Assembly (NCBI GenBank): GCA_964016885.1
Contig: OZ024763.1
Span: 29,078,001 to 29,142,000, forward strand
Reading direction: 5' to 3'
Origin: Eledone cirrhosa
Taxonomy: Eukaryota
DNA length: 64,000 nucleotides
The first letter of the stretch is position 1, and each line of letters starts with the position of its first letter. The translations under genes and the position numbers were made by a program. Positions 1 to 14,327 of this stretch are shown here, one piece after another. The notes under the pieces were generated by a model. That model searched no databases, was not told the DNA's origin, and saw nothing but the letters and a program-made list of their open reading frames with translations.

Positions 1-12
1 GTAAACGATAAC

Positions 13-664
13 GATCGAGACACCATGTTGACACTGTGGAGGACTTTTGTCCTAAGCCGCCTGGACTACTGCTCCCAGCTGTGGTCACCCCATAGTGTCA
101 AACTAACCACAGAGCTTGAGGCAATCCAGCGAAGCTACACCAAGAGGATTGCCAAGATGAGGGAGACAAGCTACTGGGAGAGGCTGAAGGAACTGAACCT
201 CTACTCCTTGGAGCGAAGACGGGAGAGATACGCAGTGATCTACATGTGGAAAAATCCTGGAGGGACTAGCACCAAACTTTGGCATTGGGAGCTGGACCAA
301 CCGTCGAACAGGACGTCACTGTGTGGTGCCAAAGGTCCCGTCTTCCACATCTAGAATAAGGAGCAGGTATTGCAATAGCCTGGGATTCAAGGGCCCTCAA
401 CTCTTCAACAGGCTGCCGAGGCATCTGCGAGACTTGCATGACGTGGAGGTGGATGTCTTTAAGAAACATCTCGACACCTTGTTATCCAGGATCCCGGATG
501 AGCCCACAGCAAGACACGAGGGAAACCTAAGGGCAGCAGCAACAAACTCCCTCCTACACCAGTGGCCAACCTATACAGGCTGGAGATAAAGTGTGTAGCA
601 GCAAGGGCGGTGCCCCAGCATGGCCTCAGCCGGATGGCTGAAACAGGTAAAAGAGTAAAAGAGA
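13..664 (+). mobile_element. 3' end of a CR1/L2-type LINE (ORF2 C-terminus, 3' UTR and tandem tail)
   Basis: ORF 25..354 reads SRLDYCSQLWSPH...LEAIQRSYTK...SYWERLKELNLYSLERRRER, a typical post-RT motif of CR1/L2-like LINEs. One extra A in the run at ~250-255 shifts the frame; removing it joins WKILEGLAPNFG... to ORF 323..589 (FKKHLDTLL...TAA). The 3' UTR has a stem-loop (TCAGCC-GGAT-GGCTGA) and a (GTAAAAGA)2 tail. Confidence 0.85.
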
Positions 665-855
665 CTATTAATTGTTTTCATTTACGTTAGGATGACTACG
701 TTTCAAATATCATGTATCTATGTTTTATGGACTCGTGTTATACAAAATATTAAAATGCACTGAATTGTGGAACCATACATTGTATATCGATCACTTACGT
801 TCCCGCGACTGGTGCCACCTCTCTACATGTGCCACAGGTGGAGATTGTAATTGAG

Positions 856-3350
856 GTGCCACTGATGCAGCCAATTGTTGGGGGTGCCATTCTAGATGTA
901 CCTCCAGTGCAGCCAGACGTTGGTTTGCCACTCTAGATATGCCACAGGTGCCACTCTAGATGTGACCCTGGTGTAGCCAGTCGTTGGGGTGTCACTGATG
1001 CAGGAAGTCGTTGGGGTGCCACCCTAGATGTGTCTCCGATGCAGCCAGTCGTTGGGGTGCCACCCTAGATGTGTCTCTGGTGCAGCCAGTCGTTGGGGTG
1101 CCACCCTAGATGTACCTCCAGTGCAGCCAAACGTTGGTTTGCCACTCTAGATGTGCCAGTGGTGCAGACAGTTGTTGGGGTGCCACCCTAGATGTGTCTC
1201 TGGTGCAGCCAGTTGTTGGGGTACCACTGATGCAGCCAGACGTTGGGGTGCCACTCTAGATGTGACCCTGGTGTAGCCAGTCGTTGGGGTGTCACTGATG
1301 CAGCCAGTCGTTGGGGTGCCACCCTAGATGTGTCTCTGATGCAGCCAGTCGTTGGGGTGTCACTGATGCAGCCAGTCATTTGGGTGCCACTCTAGATGTA
1401 CCTCCAGTGCAGCCAAACGTTGGTTTTCCACTCTAGATGTGCCACTGGTGCAGCCAGTCGTTGGGGTGCCACCCTAGATGTGTCTCTGGTGCAGCCAGTC
1501 ATTTGGGTGCCACTCTAGATGTACCTCCAGTGCAGCCAAACGTTGGTTTTCCACTCTAGATGTGCCACTGTGCAGCCAGTCGTTGGGGTGCCACCCTAGA
1601 TGTGTCTCTGGTGCAGCCAGTCATTTGGGTGCCACTCTAGATGTACCTCCAGTGCAGCCAAACGTTGGTTTTCCACTCTAGATGTGCCAGTGGTGCAGAC
1701 AGTCGTTGGGGTGTCACTGATGCAGCCAGTCGTTGGGGTGCCACTCTAGATGTGTCCCTGGTGCAGCCAGTCGTTGGGGTGTCACTGATGCAGACAGTCG
1801 TTGGGGTGCCACCCTAGATGTGTCTCTGGTGCAGGCCAGTCGTTGGGGTGCCACCCTAGATGTGTCTCTGGTGCAGCCAGTCGTTGGGGTGTCACTGATG
1901 CAGACAGTCGTTGGGGTGCCACTCTAGATGTACCTCCAGTGCAGCCAAACGTTGGTTTTCCACTCTAGATGTGCCACTGGTGCCACCCTAGATGTGTCTC
2001 TGGTGCAGCCAGTCATTTGGGTGCCACTCTAGATGTACCTCCAGTGCAGCCAAACGTTGGTTTTCCACTCTAGATGTGCCACTGGTGCCACCCTAGATGT
2101 GTCTCTGGTGCAGCCAGTCATTTGGGTGCCACTCTAGATGTACCTCCAGTGCAGCCAAACGTTGGTTTTCCACTCTAGATGTGCCAGTGGTGCAGACAGT
2201 CGTTGGGGTGTCACTGATGCAGCCAGTCGTTGGGGTGCCACTCTAGATGTGTCCCTGGTGCAGCCAGTCGTTGGGGTGTCACTGATGCAGACAGTCGTTG
2301 GGGTGCCACCCTAGATGTGTCTCTGGTGCAGCCAGTCGTTGGGGTGCCACCCTAGATGTGTCTCTGGTGCAGCCAGTCGTTGGGGTGTCACTGATGCAGA
2401 CAGTCGTTGGGGTGCCACTCTAGATGTACCTCCAGTGCAGCCAAACGTTGGTTTTCCACTCTAGATGTGCCACTGGTGCCACCCTAGATGTGTCTCTGGT
2501 GCAGCCAGTCATTTGGGTGCCACTCTAGATGTACCTCCAGTGCAGCCAAACGTTGGTTTTCCACTCTAGATGTGCCAGTGGTGCAGACAGTCGTTGGGGT
2601 GTCACTGATGCAGCCAGTCGTTGGGGTGCCACTCTAGATGTGTCCCTGGTGCAGCCAGTCGTTGGGGTGTCACTGATGCAGACAGTCGTTGGGGTGCCAC
2701 CCTAGATGTGTCTCTGGTGCAGCCAGTCGTTGGGGTGCCACCCTAGATGTGTCTCTGGTGCAGCCAGTCGTTGGGGTGTCACTGATGCAGACAGTCGTTG
2801 GGGTGCCACCCTAGATGTGCCACTGGTGCAGCCAGTCGTTGGGGTGCCACCCTAGATGTGTCTCTGGTGCAGCCAGTCGTTGGGGTGTCACTGATGCAGA
2901 CAGTCGTTGGGGTGTCACTGATGCAGACAGTCGTTGGGGTGCCACTCTAGATGTGTCTCTGGTGCAGCCAGTCGTTGGGGTGTCACTGATGCAGACAGTC
3001 GTTGGGTGTCACTGATGCAGACAGTCGTTGGGGTGCCACCCTAGATGTGTCTCTGGTGCAGCCAGTCATTGGGGTGCCACCCTAGATGTACCTCCAGTGC
3101 AGCCAAACGTTGGTTTGCCACTCTAGATGTGCCAGTGGTGCAGCCAGTCGTTGGGGTGCCACCATAGATGTGTCTCTGGTGCAGCCAGTCGTTGGGGTGT
3201 CACTGATGCAGCCAGTCGTTGGGGTGCCACTCTAGATGTACCTCCAGTGCAGCCAAACGTTGGTTTGCCACCCCAGATGTGCCAGTGGTGCAGCCAGTCG
3301 TTGGGGGTGCCACTCTAGATGTATCTCTGGTGTATCCAGTTATTCAGGTG
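856..3350. repeat. Modular complex minisatellite (~27-bp and ~41-bp related units with higher-order blocks)
   Basis: Recurring modules GTCGTTGGGGTGTCACTGATGCAGMCA, GTCGTTGGGGTGCCACYCTAGATGTGTCTCTGGTGCAGCCA and ...TAGATGTACCTCCAGTGCAGCCAAACGTTGGTTT... occur in shuffled order. Confidence 0.92.
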
Positions 3351-3662
3351 CGACTTTAGACACTTTCGTTGTCAGCAGTCAGGACAATCGGCTGCAATAG
3401 ACCACTCCTACTGATGTTAAGGTATTGTTCTCAAAATAAATAACATCAAAATCTCATTGATTCTATATTATGTGAGAAAATTACGTGAGGTAAAGCCTTT
3501 ACCGTGAGAATATAATAGTAAATATAAAGCAATATAAATCCTAAAGGGCCAAATAAGAGTATGGGAGATGTAAAGGGATTAGATATAGTGACTAGGAAAT
3601 ACATTGCAATAGGAATAGGTTAATGAAGAGGTAGATAAATGTGATATAGAAATAAGCCAGAA

Positions 3663-4532
3663 TTGGGTGTGGGGAGAATTTACCACCTGTTGGTTTCCTC
3701 AGGTCGTGAATAAAATTGCCTTGGGTGTGGGGAGAATTTACCACCTGTTGGTTTCCTCAGGTCGTGAATAAAATTGCCTTGGGTGTGGGGAGAATTTACC
3801 ACCTGTTGGTTTCCTCAGGTCGTGAATAAAATTGCCTTGGGTGTGGGGAGAATTTACCACCTGTTGGTTTCCTCAGGTCGTGAATAAAATTGCCTTGGGT
3901 GTGGGGAGAATTTACCACCTGTTGGTTTCCTCAGGTCGTGAATAAAATTGCCTTGGGTGTGGGGAGAATTTACCACCTGTTGGTTTCCTCAGGTCGTGAA
4001 TAAAATTGCCTTGGGTGTGGGGAGAATTTACCACCTGTTGGTTTCCTCAGGTCGTGAATAAAATTGCCTTGGGTGTGGGGAGAATTTACCACCTGTTGGT
4101 TTCCTCAGGTCGTGAATAAAATTGCCTTGGGTGTGGGGAGAATTTACCACCTGTTGGTTTCCTCAGGTCGTGAATAAAATTGCCTTGGGTGTGGGGAGAA
4201 TTTACCACCTGTTGGTTTCCTCAGGTCGTGAATAAAATTGCCTTGGGTGTGGGGAGAATTTACCACCTGTTGGTTTCCTCAGGTCGTGAATAAAATTGCC
4301 TTGGGTGTGGGGAGAATTTACCACCTGTTGGTTTCCTCAGGTCGTGAATAAAATTGCCTTGGGTGTGGGGAGAATTTACCACCTGTTGGTTTCCTCAGGT
4401 CGTGAATAAAATTGCCTTGGGTGTGGGGAGAATTTACCACCTGTTGGTTTCCTCAGGTCGTGAATAAAATTGCCTTGGGTGTGGGGAGAATTTACCACCT
4501 GTTGGTTTCCTCAGGTCGTGAATAAAATTGCC
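3663..4532. repeat. Perfect 58-bp tandem repeat, 15 copies
   Basis: Unit TTGGGTGTGGGGAGAATTTACCACCTGTTGGTTTCCTCAGGTCGTGAATAAAATTGCC; 870 bp = 15 x 58; no spacers and no visible variants. Confidence 0.95.
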
Positions 4533-4735
4533 TTGTCAGGGCTTGATGCTAGATTCGGTAACTTTATGATTCCAGACGAATTATGAGAGAATCGTATAAA
4601 AATATACGAAAACTTTCATAGACAATATAGAAAATATATGAAAACACAGTCGTAGTTTCCGAACATGTCTAAATTGAAGATATATCTGAACAAACATAGA
4701 TGTATATGAATGTATACATGCATGTATGTATATGA

Positions 4736-5712
<977 letters not shown>

Positions 5713-6060
5713 ATAATGTCTCTGCTTGTGTATATATGCACATATGTAGGTGAATATATATATGATAAGTTTGTCTTTGTACAAGAACCCAAAATGCTTT
5801 GCGGCTAATGAAGTGTAAAGATATGAACACCCCCAACACAAACCACCATCTTACACACACACACACACACAGTCATATGTACACACACACACACACACAC
5901 ACATACACACATACACATTCTCCAAGTAGCTGGTTTACAAGAAAAGGAGAAAAAAAAATAAATAATATAACCTTCCTTTTTTTTTCCACGTCACTTCATA
6001 AAGTCTACTGTTGATTGGTCCAACTAATCTGGCACTCAGGGTTAAACTAACTATACACTG

Positions 6061-6093
<33 letters not shown>

Positions 6094-6263
6094 GCAACAA
6101 CATTATCTATACTACTACTTCTACTGTTACTAGTACTAGTAGTAGTAGTACTAATAATATTATCAGTAACTCACTATATTGACCATATGTTTTTAAAACG
6201 ATCACACACCCAAATTTACTCATCCGACTCCTACTAGAAATAACAACAAGAACAACAACAGTA

Positions 6264-6303
<40 letters not shown>

Positions 6304-6453
6304 TTGTCATTATTGTTGTTGTTGTTTGTGTTATTGTTATTAGTATTATTATTATTATTATTATTAAATAAGTATTTCCATGCTTGCATCGGTCGGATAA
6401 GACGAGTAACGATGATGAAAGCGGACAAAAACAACAACAGCAGTAACTACAAC

Positions 6454-6484
<31 letters not shown>

Positions 6485-6618
6485 GTAGCAATAGTAGCAG
6501 CAGTGGTAGTAGTAAAAACAGTGGTAGTAGTAATAGTAGTAGTAGTAATATTGAGAGAGAGAAAGAGAAGAGTTATATAGAGGTAAGAGAGAGACGTGTT
6601 ATGTAGAGATAAGAGAGA

Positions 6619-6655
<37 letters not shown>

Positions 6656-7453
6656 AAGAGTGAGAGAGAGAGAGAGGGAGACATCGAGAGAGAGGGAGAG
6701 AGCTAGAGAGAGAGAGAGAGAGAGAGAGAGGAGTTATATAGAGAGAAAAGAGAGAGAGAAACAGAGAGATATAAGAGAGAAAGAAAGATTTGAGAGAGAT
6801 AAAGAAAGAAAGGAAGAAAGAAAGAAAGATAAAAGGAAGAAAGAAAGGAAGAGAGAGAGAGACACACACAAAGAAACAAACAAACAAAAAAAGAAAGAAA
6901 CCAAGAGAGAAAGAGAGAAAGAAAGAGAGTGAAAGAGGAGAGAGAAGAGAGACATAGATTGCAGAAAGTGTGTAAAATGAAATGAAATTATTTGCTCATG
7001 CTTATTAAGATAACTAAGTTGTTGATAGGTTGATATGTAGAGTCTTGTTTTGTTCAATAACATATTTTTAATGGCTAACTAACTCCGTTTAGTACTGGGA
7101 GGTCTGAGAAAGGAAGACTTAAACACATAGATTAAGACCACAAAACATCTCTCTCTATTTGTTTTGTATTTTTGTATTTCTATTCACTCTTCTTTGCCTG
7201 TTTATCTCCCCTTTTGTTCTCTATTTGCTTTCTTCGTTCTTCATATATATATATGCACATACATATATATACCTATATATATATATATACTTACATATAC
7301 ATACATACATACATACATATATATACATATATATATACACATATATATACATACATATATACATACATACATATACATATATATATATATATATCGATTG
7401 TGTTGTTATTTCTGTTTACCTTTTACATACATACATACACACATTCATACATA

Positions 7454-7510
<57 letters not shown>

Positions 7511-7585
7511 ACATTGTTTATTTTATTTTATTTCATTTTTGTCTTTCGTTTCACTCTTCCATCCTTTTTCCCCTCTCCCACCTCT

Positions 7586-7662
<77 letters not shown>

Positions 7663-7663
7663 A

Positions 7664-7845
7664 TATACAACATATTAACAAATGGAAACTGTCCTTGAAA
7701 TATGTATAATGAAATAAATATGGTTTTATAAATATAGTTTCCATTTGTTAATATATTGTATTTTTACTCCAATAATTTGTTGAGTGCTTTATATCAGTTA
7801 TAAAAATATTTGCTTGTTGTATCCCAACAAATTAAATATAACTTC

Positions 7846-7850
<5 letters not shown>
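7664..7850 (+). mobile_element. PLE-like family E fragment with short inverted duplication (3' half of HHR only)
   Basis: GTCCTTGAAATATGTATAATGAAATAAATATGG... is shared with 22141, 23084, 28906, 42460 and 47110; flanked by (TA)n. Confidence 0.65.
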
Positions 7851-7919
<69 letters not shown>

Positions 7920-7921
<2 letters not shown>

Positions 7922-8081
7922 AACAAGTAAGACCCCGACGGCTGAGCTCAAGCCGTTTCAACGGCTAATTCTGGACAGCCGTCGGGGTCTTACTTGTTCC
8001 TATTACCCACTCTACTACCCTAAGTATTGAGTACTTTGGTGCGTTATGGTCCACCTGGTTCCTTACCACATTTCCTTCGTT
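7920..8081 (+). mobile_element. Family K fold-back element (PLE-like 3' end) in (TA)n
   Basis: GACCCCGACGGCTGAGCTCAAGCCGTTTC... inverted onto CAGCCGTCGGGGTC...CCACATTTCCTTCGTT; ten related copies in the window. Confidence 0.7.
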
Positions 8082-8230
8082 ATATATATATATCCCTCAC
8101 TCTCATCCTTTGTATTTCTTTGTCTTTCTATTCATTCTTCTTTGTCTGCTTAACTCCCCTTCCATTCGCTCTCCTTTAAAAATTATATATATTTCCTTTG
8201 TATTGTTTTTCGTTTAGTTTATTTACCATA

Positions 8231-8410
8231 GGTGGTGGCAGCATCGATAGAGAGTCAGACGCCATGCTTTTCAGCATAGAGTTACGTCCCTTTACAACAA
8301 TCTGAGCGGATCAAATCCCAACGGGGTTAACTTTCCCTTTCATCCTTACGGGGTCGATAAAATAAAGTACCAGTAATGCACTGGCTTTCTGCCAAAAGTA
8401 GAAACAATTG
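8231..8410 (+). mobile_element. tRNA-derived SINE (abundant mollusc/Octopus-type family)
   Basis: A-box-like TGGCAGCATCGATAG, degenerate B box, conserved CCTTTCATCCTTACGGGGTCGATAAAATAAAGTACCAG core and GCCAAAAGTAGAAAC tail; more than 12 copies in the window. Confidence 0.8.
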
Positions 8411-9405
8411 TTTCGATGCATAAATTCTAATGCAATATACAGGTTTTAGGTAGACCAACATACTCTCATGGAATGACCAAATGAGGTTTATTTTCAAAAT
8501 AGTCCCTGGTAAGAAGCACTGCAGTTATTAATAAGAAGAGTTGAAATTAATGCATGCAATATTTCATAGCTCTAGCATCACTCCTGTATAGTCAACCAAT
8601 GAACATTTCAGCCGAGCCATGTACACACATATACAAATATAAAGACACACACAATCCATACAAAGACTACAAAACCAACACACACACACACACACAAACA
8701 TATATACATTACACACACACACAGTCACATACATACATAAATGTATACATTCTACACACATATATATATATTGACATTCACGAGACACATACATATGTAA
8801 GTATATATATACACTTAGACAACACACATATATGCAAACTCCCAACCCCCTCCAAACACACACATATATATATACTACATATATACTACATACTTACACA
8901 TATACACACATTCACTAGACCCATACATAAAACACTATATGTAAGTGCATCTACACATGGAGGAACACTCTCTCACACACACACACATACATACACCTGC
9001 AAACTCCCACCTATTTCATAAACACACATACACAAGACCACACCACACAAACTTACAATGTTGTCAGTGGTAACGGAAGTGTAGTTACCACCATCTTGTT
9101 ATCACACACAGGGAGCACCAATATCTTGTTATCTTCGCTGTTACACTCACATATTAAACTTATTTAGTACCGGTGGTTACTTTTTATAGTTTTGTGGGCT
9201 TTGTGCGTTTTGTATCGTTTTCTTTTTATATAATGTTTATCATGTATGTGTTTTAGCCTGTGTATATATATATATATGCGTGTGTGTACGTGTGTGTGTG
9301 TGTGTGTTTAAGTAGAACTGGTGGTTACATTTTGCTTTTGTGGTCTTTGTGCGTTTTGTATGGTTTTCATTTATATAATGATTATCATGTTTGTATATTC
9401 GCCTG

Positions 9406-9439
<34 letters not shown>

Positions 9440-9585
9440 TTTATATGTGTGTGTGTGTCTGTGTGTGTGTGTGTGTGTGTATGAGTATTGACAGAGAAAA
9501 CATGTGGATATGCGGATATTCGGATAAATGACTTAATAAAAGATAAACCATAAACTATAAACCTCGTCAATGAATGAGGAAAGGG

Positions 9586-9631
<46 letters not shown>

Positions 9632-9963
9632 GGGGGAGAGGATAAAGAATGAAAGAATGGAAAGAGAGAGGGAGTGTATGTTGGTAACAAAAAAATGAAA
9701 TGTTGTGGCAGAAAGGCAGCGAGAAAGAAAGGAGACGAAGAGGAAATGAAAAATGCCAAAGTGGGAAGGAAGGGCAAAAGGGAAAAATAAAATGAAGAAG
9801 AAGTGAAAGAAAGATGGAAGACGAAAGAGTTAAATTGAGAAAGAAAGTGAGACAGAAAGAAAGAAAGAAAGAAGCAGGAAAAGAAGAGATGAAAAAAAGA
9901 AGGAAGGAAATAAGGAAAAAGGGAGGAAAGGAAGAATTAAGCTAGTAGAGGCAACCCTCTCAG

Positions 9964-9965
<2 letters not shown>

Positions 9966-10042
<77 letters not shown>

Positions 10043-10360
10043 AAAAAGAAGGAGAAGAAAAAAAAGAAGAAGAAGAAGAAGAAGAAGAAGAAGAAGAAGA
10101 AAAAGAAGAAGAAAAAGAAGAAGAAGAAAAAGAAGAAGAAGAAGAAAAAGAAGGAGAAGAAAAAGAAGAAGAAGAAGAAGAAGAAGAAGGAGAAGAAAAA
10201 GAAGAAGAAGAAGAAGAAGAAGAAGAAGAAGAAAAAGAAGAAGAAGACGAAGAAAAAGAAGTAGAAAAAGAAGAAGAAGAAGAAGAAGAAGAAGAAGAAG
10301 AAGAAGAAGAAGAAGAAGAAGAAGAAAAAGTAGAAGAAGAAGACGTAGAAGAAGATAGAA
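9966..10360. repeat. (AAT)n followed by a long (GAA)n purine tract
   Basis: Read directly from the sequence. Confidence 0.95.
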
Positions 10361-10531
10361 AGAAAGAAAGGAACAAGAAAGGACAAAGGAAAGAGAGAAC
10401 GAATGTAATAAAGAGAGAATTGTGGAAAGACCCTTTGATGAAACATGTGTTATACAGACGATAGAGCTGGCAATCTCCTTCATATAATGACCTCCACATG
10501 TATTGTAGAAGTGGATAGCTGGTTGTATATA

Positions 10532-10618
10532 TACAAGGTGTCCCCCAAAAATGTATACATGTTTCAACATTTTCAATAGCATTCTAATCAAAGTTAGTAT
10601 ACATTGTTTGGGAACACG

Positions 10619-10623
<5 letters not shown>
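10532..10623. mobile_element. Short Tc1/mariner-type MITE
   Basis: Imperfect TIRs CAAGGTGTCCCCCAAAAATGTATAC / GTATACATTGTTTGGGAACACGCTG with TA flanks; related pieces at ~14412-14481 and ~48903-48958. Confidence 0.55.
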
Positions 10624-10657
<34 letters not shown>

Positions 10658-10734
10658 TATATATATTTATATACACACATATATATATATATATGCGTGT
10701 GTAATTGTGTATATGTGTAGCTACATATATGTTG

Positions 10735-10800
<66 letters not shown>

Positions 10801-10873
10801 GTATATATATATATATATATCGAGAGAGAGAGAGACATATATGTATATATATATATAGAGAGAGACATATATG

Positions 10874-10909
<36 letters not shown>

Positions 10910-11446
10910 CATATATGTATATATATAGAGAGAGAGAGAGAGTGAGAGAGACATATATATGCAGACATTTCAAACGAACATAGTTATTCAAGAAACTTCA
11001 TATTTTCATATACGTTCCCCTCTCTCTCTCTCTCTCTTCCTCTTTCTCCCCCTACACACACATATGTAAACACACATATATATATATATACACACACACA
11101 CAATCATATTATACGCCATTTCACACTAATTCGTAAACATGTAAACCAGTTTTGACATTAGTAGGATTTGATAAGCCTAAGATGGGTTAGCGTGTATGTA
11201 TAGCTATATATATATATATATGTATGTGTTTGTGCGTAGCTGTATATGTGTTTGTGTGTATGTATAGCTATGTGTGTCTTTGTGTGAAGGCATATGCGGA
11301 TATGTGTACGTGTGTATGTGCATGCGTATAGGTGAATGTGTAAGCATGAGTGTATGTGTGTGCATACGTGCGTATATGTAGCCACATGCTTACGTATGTG
11401 TGCGTATGTGTGTGCTTGCATGTATGTGTATCTATATCCATATATT

Positions 11447-11505
<59 letters not shown>

Positions 11506-11743
11506 ATACCCCCCCACCCCCACTATTTTCCTGAGAGTGTCCACATTACATCTGTTCATATATTCTGTGGTGCCTCCAACCACACTTTGTCTCTTTCTCA
11601 TACTTACATATGAATGAATGTGTGTATGTATCTGTATATATATATATATGATTCTATGGACATAATTTATAGTATATATATATATATGTTGATTTAAAAC
11701 TGCACTATCCACAAGTGTTTTTAACCTTCATATCATGTCCTCC

Positions 11744-11814
11744 TATTTTATCTGATGAAAACACAAATGTTATTGCATGATGATATTTGTTTTTGAAATG
11801 CGCATAATAAAATA
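11744..11814 (+). ncRNA. Type I hammerhead ribozyme motif (family F)
   Basis: TATTTTAT-CTGATGA-[AAACACAAATG...TATTTGTTTTT]-GAAA-TGCGCA-TA-ATAAAATA: perfect 8-bp helix I and palindromic helix III loop. Confidence 0.75.
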
Positions 11815-11851
11815 CATGGAACTCATTTAACCATCTTTTGATCTTATACAT

Positions 11852-11900
<49 letters not shown>

Positions 11901-12025
11901 CAGCCGACACGGCCGGAGCTCAGCCATCGGGGTCGTGACTCTTTCCCTATTTCCCACTCTACTACCCAGTATCGAGTACTCTGGTGCGTTATGGTCCACC
12001 TGGTTATTTACCACACTTCCTTCGT

Positions 12026-12026
<1 letters not shown>
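11901..12026 (+). mobile_element. Family K element fragment
   Basis: Matches 7920-8081 from GAGCTCAGCC to CTTCGTT. Confidence 0.65.
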
Positions 12027-12082
<56 letters not shown>

Positions 12083-12381
12083 TTCGTTTCTGAATTTGTT
12101 TAGCAAGATTCTTTATCTGAAAACGTGTGTTGAAACCGATATTGTTATACTTTGGGAAATTTATTAATTAATTAATTAATTTATTTATAATTTAATTTGT
12201 AATAAATTGGAGAGAAGCGATTGGTGCGTGTGTTTCTTATTGGCAACATGACCCTCCCAAAGTATAACAATATATATATATGCAGAGGTAGAATTCCCTT
12301 TTTAATCAGTTATAATTTAAAGTGGTCAACAATAAAGGAGCTAAATATAAGCATATATTTAGCTCCTTTATTGTTCAGCAC

Positions 12382-12433
<52 letters not shown>

Positions 12434-12626
12434 AAATGTGAGAAAAACCACAGACCCTCCATCTCAACTCACCTTTTGAAAAGCAGAAGAACTGCGAAAC
12501 AGGTAAAGGAACCAAATAAATATATATATTTTTTTTAAAAATAAGACTCCAGTTGCATTTTCGATTTCATCTCTTTTTCTTTATAGGACACCTCGGTTAT
12601 TTTTCATTTTGTAAAAAAAACCTCAC

Positions 12627-12677
<51 letters not shown>

Positions 12678-12996
12678 AACTAGAGATTGATTATTCATGT
12701 TTATTTATATGTTAATCAATTTCTAGTTATTATAAACTGCTCGGACCTACTCGTTAGAATCTTAGAGCTTATTTTGCGGGTGATATGGCGCATGTCTTTC
12801 TGGCATGACACCCATAGTTTTGATTTAGATTAAATTCATTTGATTTATCTTAAATTTGGATATAGATATATATATATATGTATATCTACATGTACATATG
12901 TATATACAGTTGATCGACTTTCGTCAAATCGGACCGAGGAAACAATGTTTCAATTGGTCTTTCCAATTGCTAATACTTTCTATCGATGGCAAATCC

Positions 12997-13106
12997 AGGC
13001 AGATGGAGCAAAGTGAAATAAAGTGTCTTGCTCAAGGACATAACACATCGCCCGGTCCGGGAATCGAACTCACAACCCCATGATTGCGAATCCAATTCTC
13101 TAAACT
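12997..13106 (-). mobile_element. tRNA-derived SINE fragment (second family)
   Basis: Minus strand GAGTTCGATTCCC B box followed by GTCCTTGAGCAAGACACTTTATTTCAC; same family as 40106-40349. Confidence 0.75.
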
Positions 13107-13263
13107 TCATATATATGTGTGTGTGTGTATGTGTATATGTACATACATATATATATATATATGTGTGTGTGTGTATACATATATATATAGACACACAAAC
13201 ACATATACATATATATATATATATATATATGTTTGTGTGTGTATATATATATATGTATACACA

Positions 13264-13310
<47 letters not shown>

Positions 13311-13333
13311 ATACATATATATATACACACACA

Positions 13334-13384
<51 letters not shown>

Positions 13385-13658
13385 GTGTTCATATACATAG
13401 ATATATGTATGCATACTATTACTACTTCTACAAATAATACTACTACCACTACAATCATTTCACCACCACCATAACCACCACCACCAACACTACCACCACC
13501 AGTACTACATCCTTTATTTAAGTACATTACATAAGAGTTAGTTAATTATAATTACACGCCTATTACAATGGCTTCTCTGTTGTGTCTGATTAATTTACGC
13601 TGTAGAACCGGCCATGTTAACACACGTACACACGTACACACACACACACACACACACA

Positions 13659-13709
<51 letters not shown>

Positions 13710-13758
13710 ACACACACACACACATATATATATATATCACTCATACAAATATATACGC

Positions 13759-13853
13759 GTATTCGGAGGATTTGTTTCGAGGTAAACACTGCATTTAAGG
13801 TCGAGCGACGCAACTTCGAGCGATCACCCGATCAATGAAACAATTGTTAATAC
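13759..13853 (+). ncRNA. Degenerate type I hammerhead motif (core CGGAGGA, long helix II)
   Basis: GTATT-CGGAGGA-TTTG...CAAT-GAAA-CAATTG-TT-AATAC followed by AATAAA. Helix I and the palindromic loop are intact; core U4 is mutated to G. Confidence 0.55.
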
Positions 13854-14093
13854 TTGAAATAAAACCCCTTGTTGTACAGCCGACCATCTTATTCTTCATT
13901 CTTTCATTTTATAACCTTCATTTTATAACCTGCATTTTATAACCTGCATAGGAATTCCCGGGAATTCGCTATCTAACTATGGAAACCTCTTGTTGAGTCA
14001 AACAAAGCCGTACGTTAAAACTCTCCACAATACAGAGTACTCACAACCTCTAACTGGATTACCTATAACGATAACTTGTTATCCCATATACAC

Positions 14094-14135
<42 letters not shown>

Positions 14136-14218
14136 GTTATTCCGGGTTGAATCGGAGGTAACCACAGTAAGTAAGGTACTCAATACATTGCAGAGTATAA
14201 AAGTTTTAATATAGATGA

Positions 14219-14267
14219 GATTCTACAGGACTAGAACTGTTTCATTCTTTAGAAATCATCAGGAATC
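14219..14267 (-). ncRNA. Type I hammerhead ribozyme motif (family A, minus copy)
   Basis: Reverse complement of 14328-14376. Confidence 0.75.
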
Positions 14268-14327
14268 TGGGTATCAAAAAATAAATAATTATCAAAAAAT
14301 AATAAATTATATATTTTTTGATACCCA

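Noticed and set aside
3663-4532. CRISPR-like appearance of the 58-bp array (and the 35-bp array at 35858)
   Set aside because: Units are contiguous with no unique spacers, there are no cas genes, and the context is eukaryotic.
3663-4532. Possible tandem hammerhead on the minus strand (CTGAGGA and GAAACC...GGTA in adjacent units)
   Set aside because: Helix I and helix II cannot be formed; the CTGAGGA and GAAAC motifs overlap within each unit.
12118-12272. CTGAAAA...GAAAC motif with short inverted repeats (also hairpins at 12318-12387 and 12675-12732)
   Set aside because: The core is mutated and the helices are weak. These may be further fold-back elements, but a ribozyme cannot be supported.
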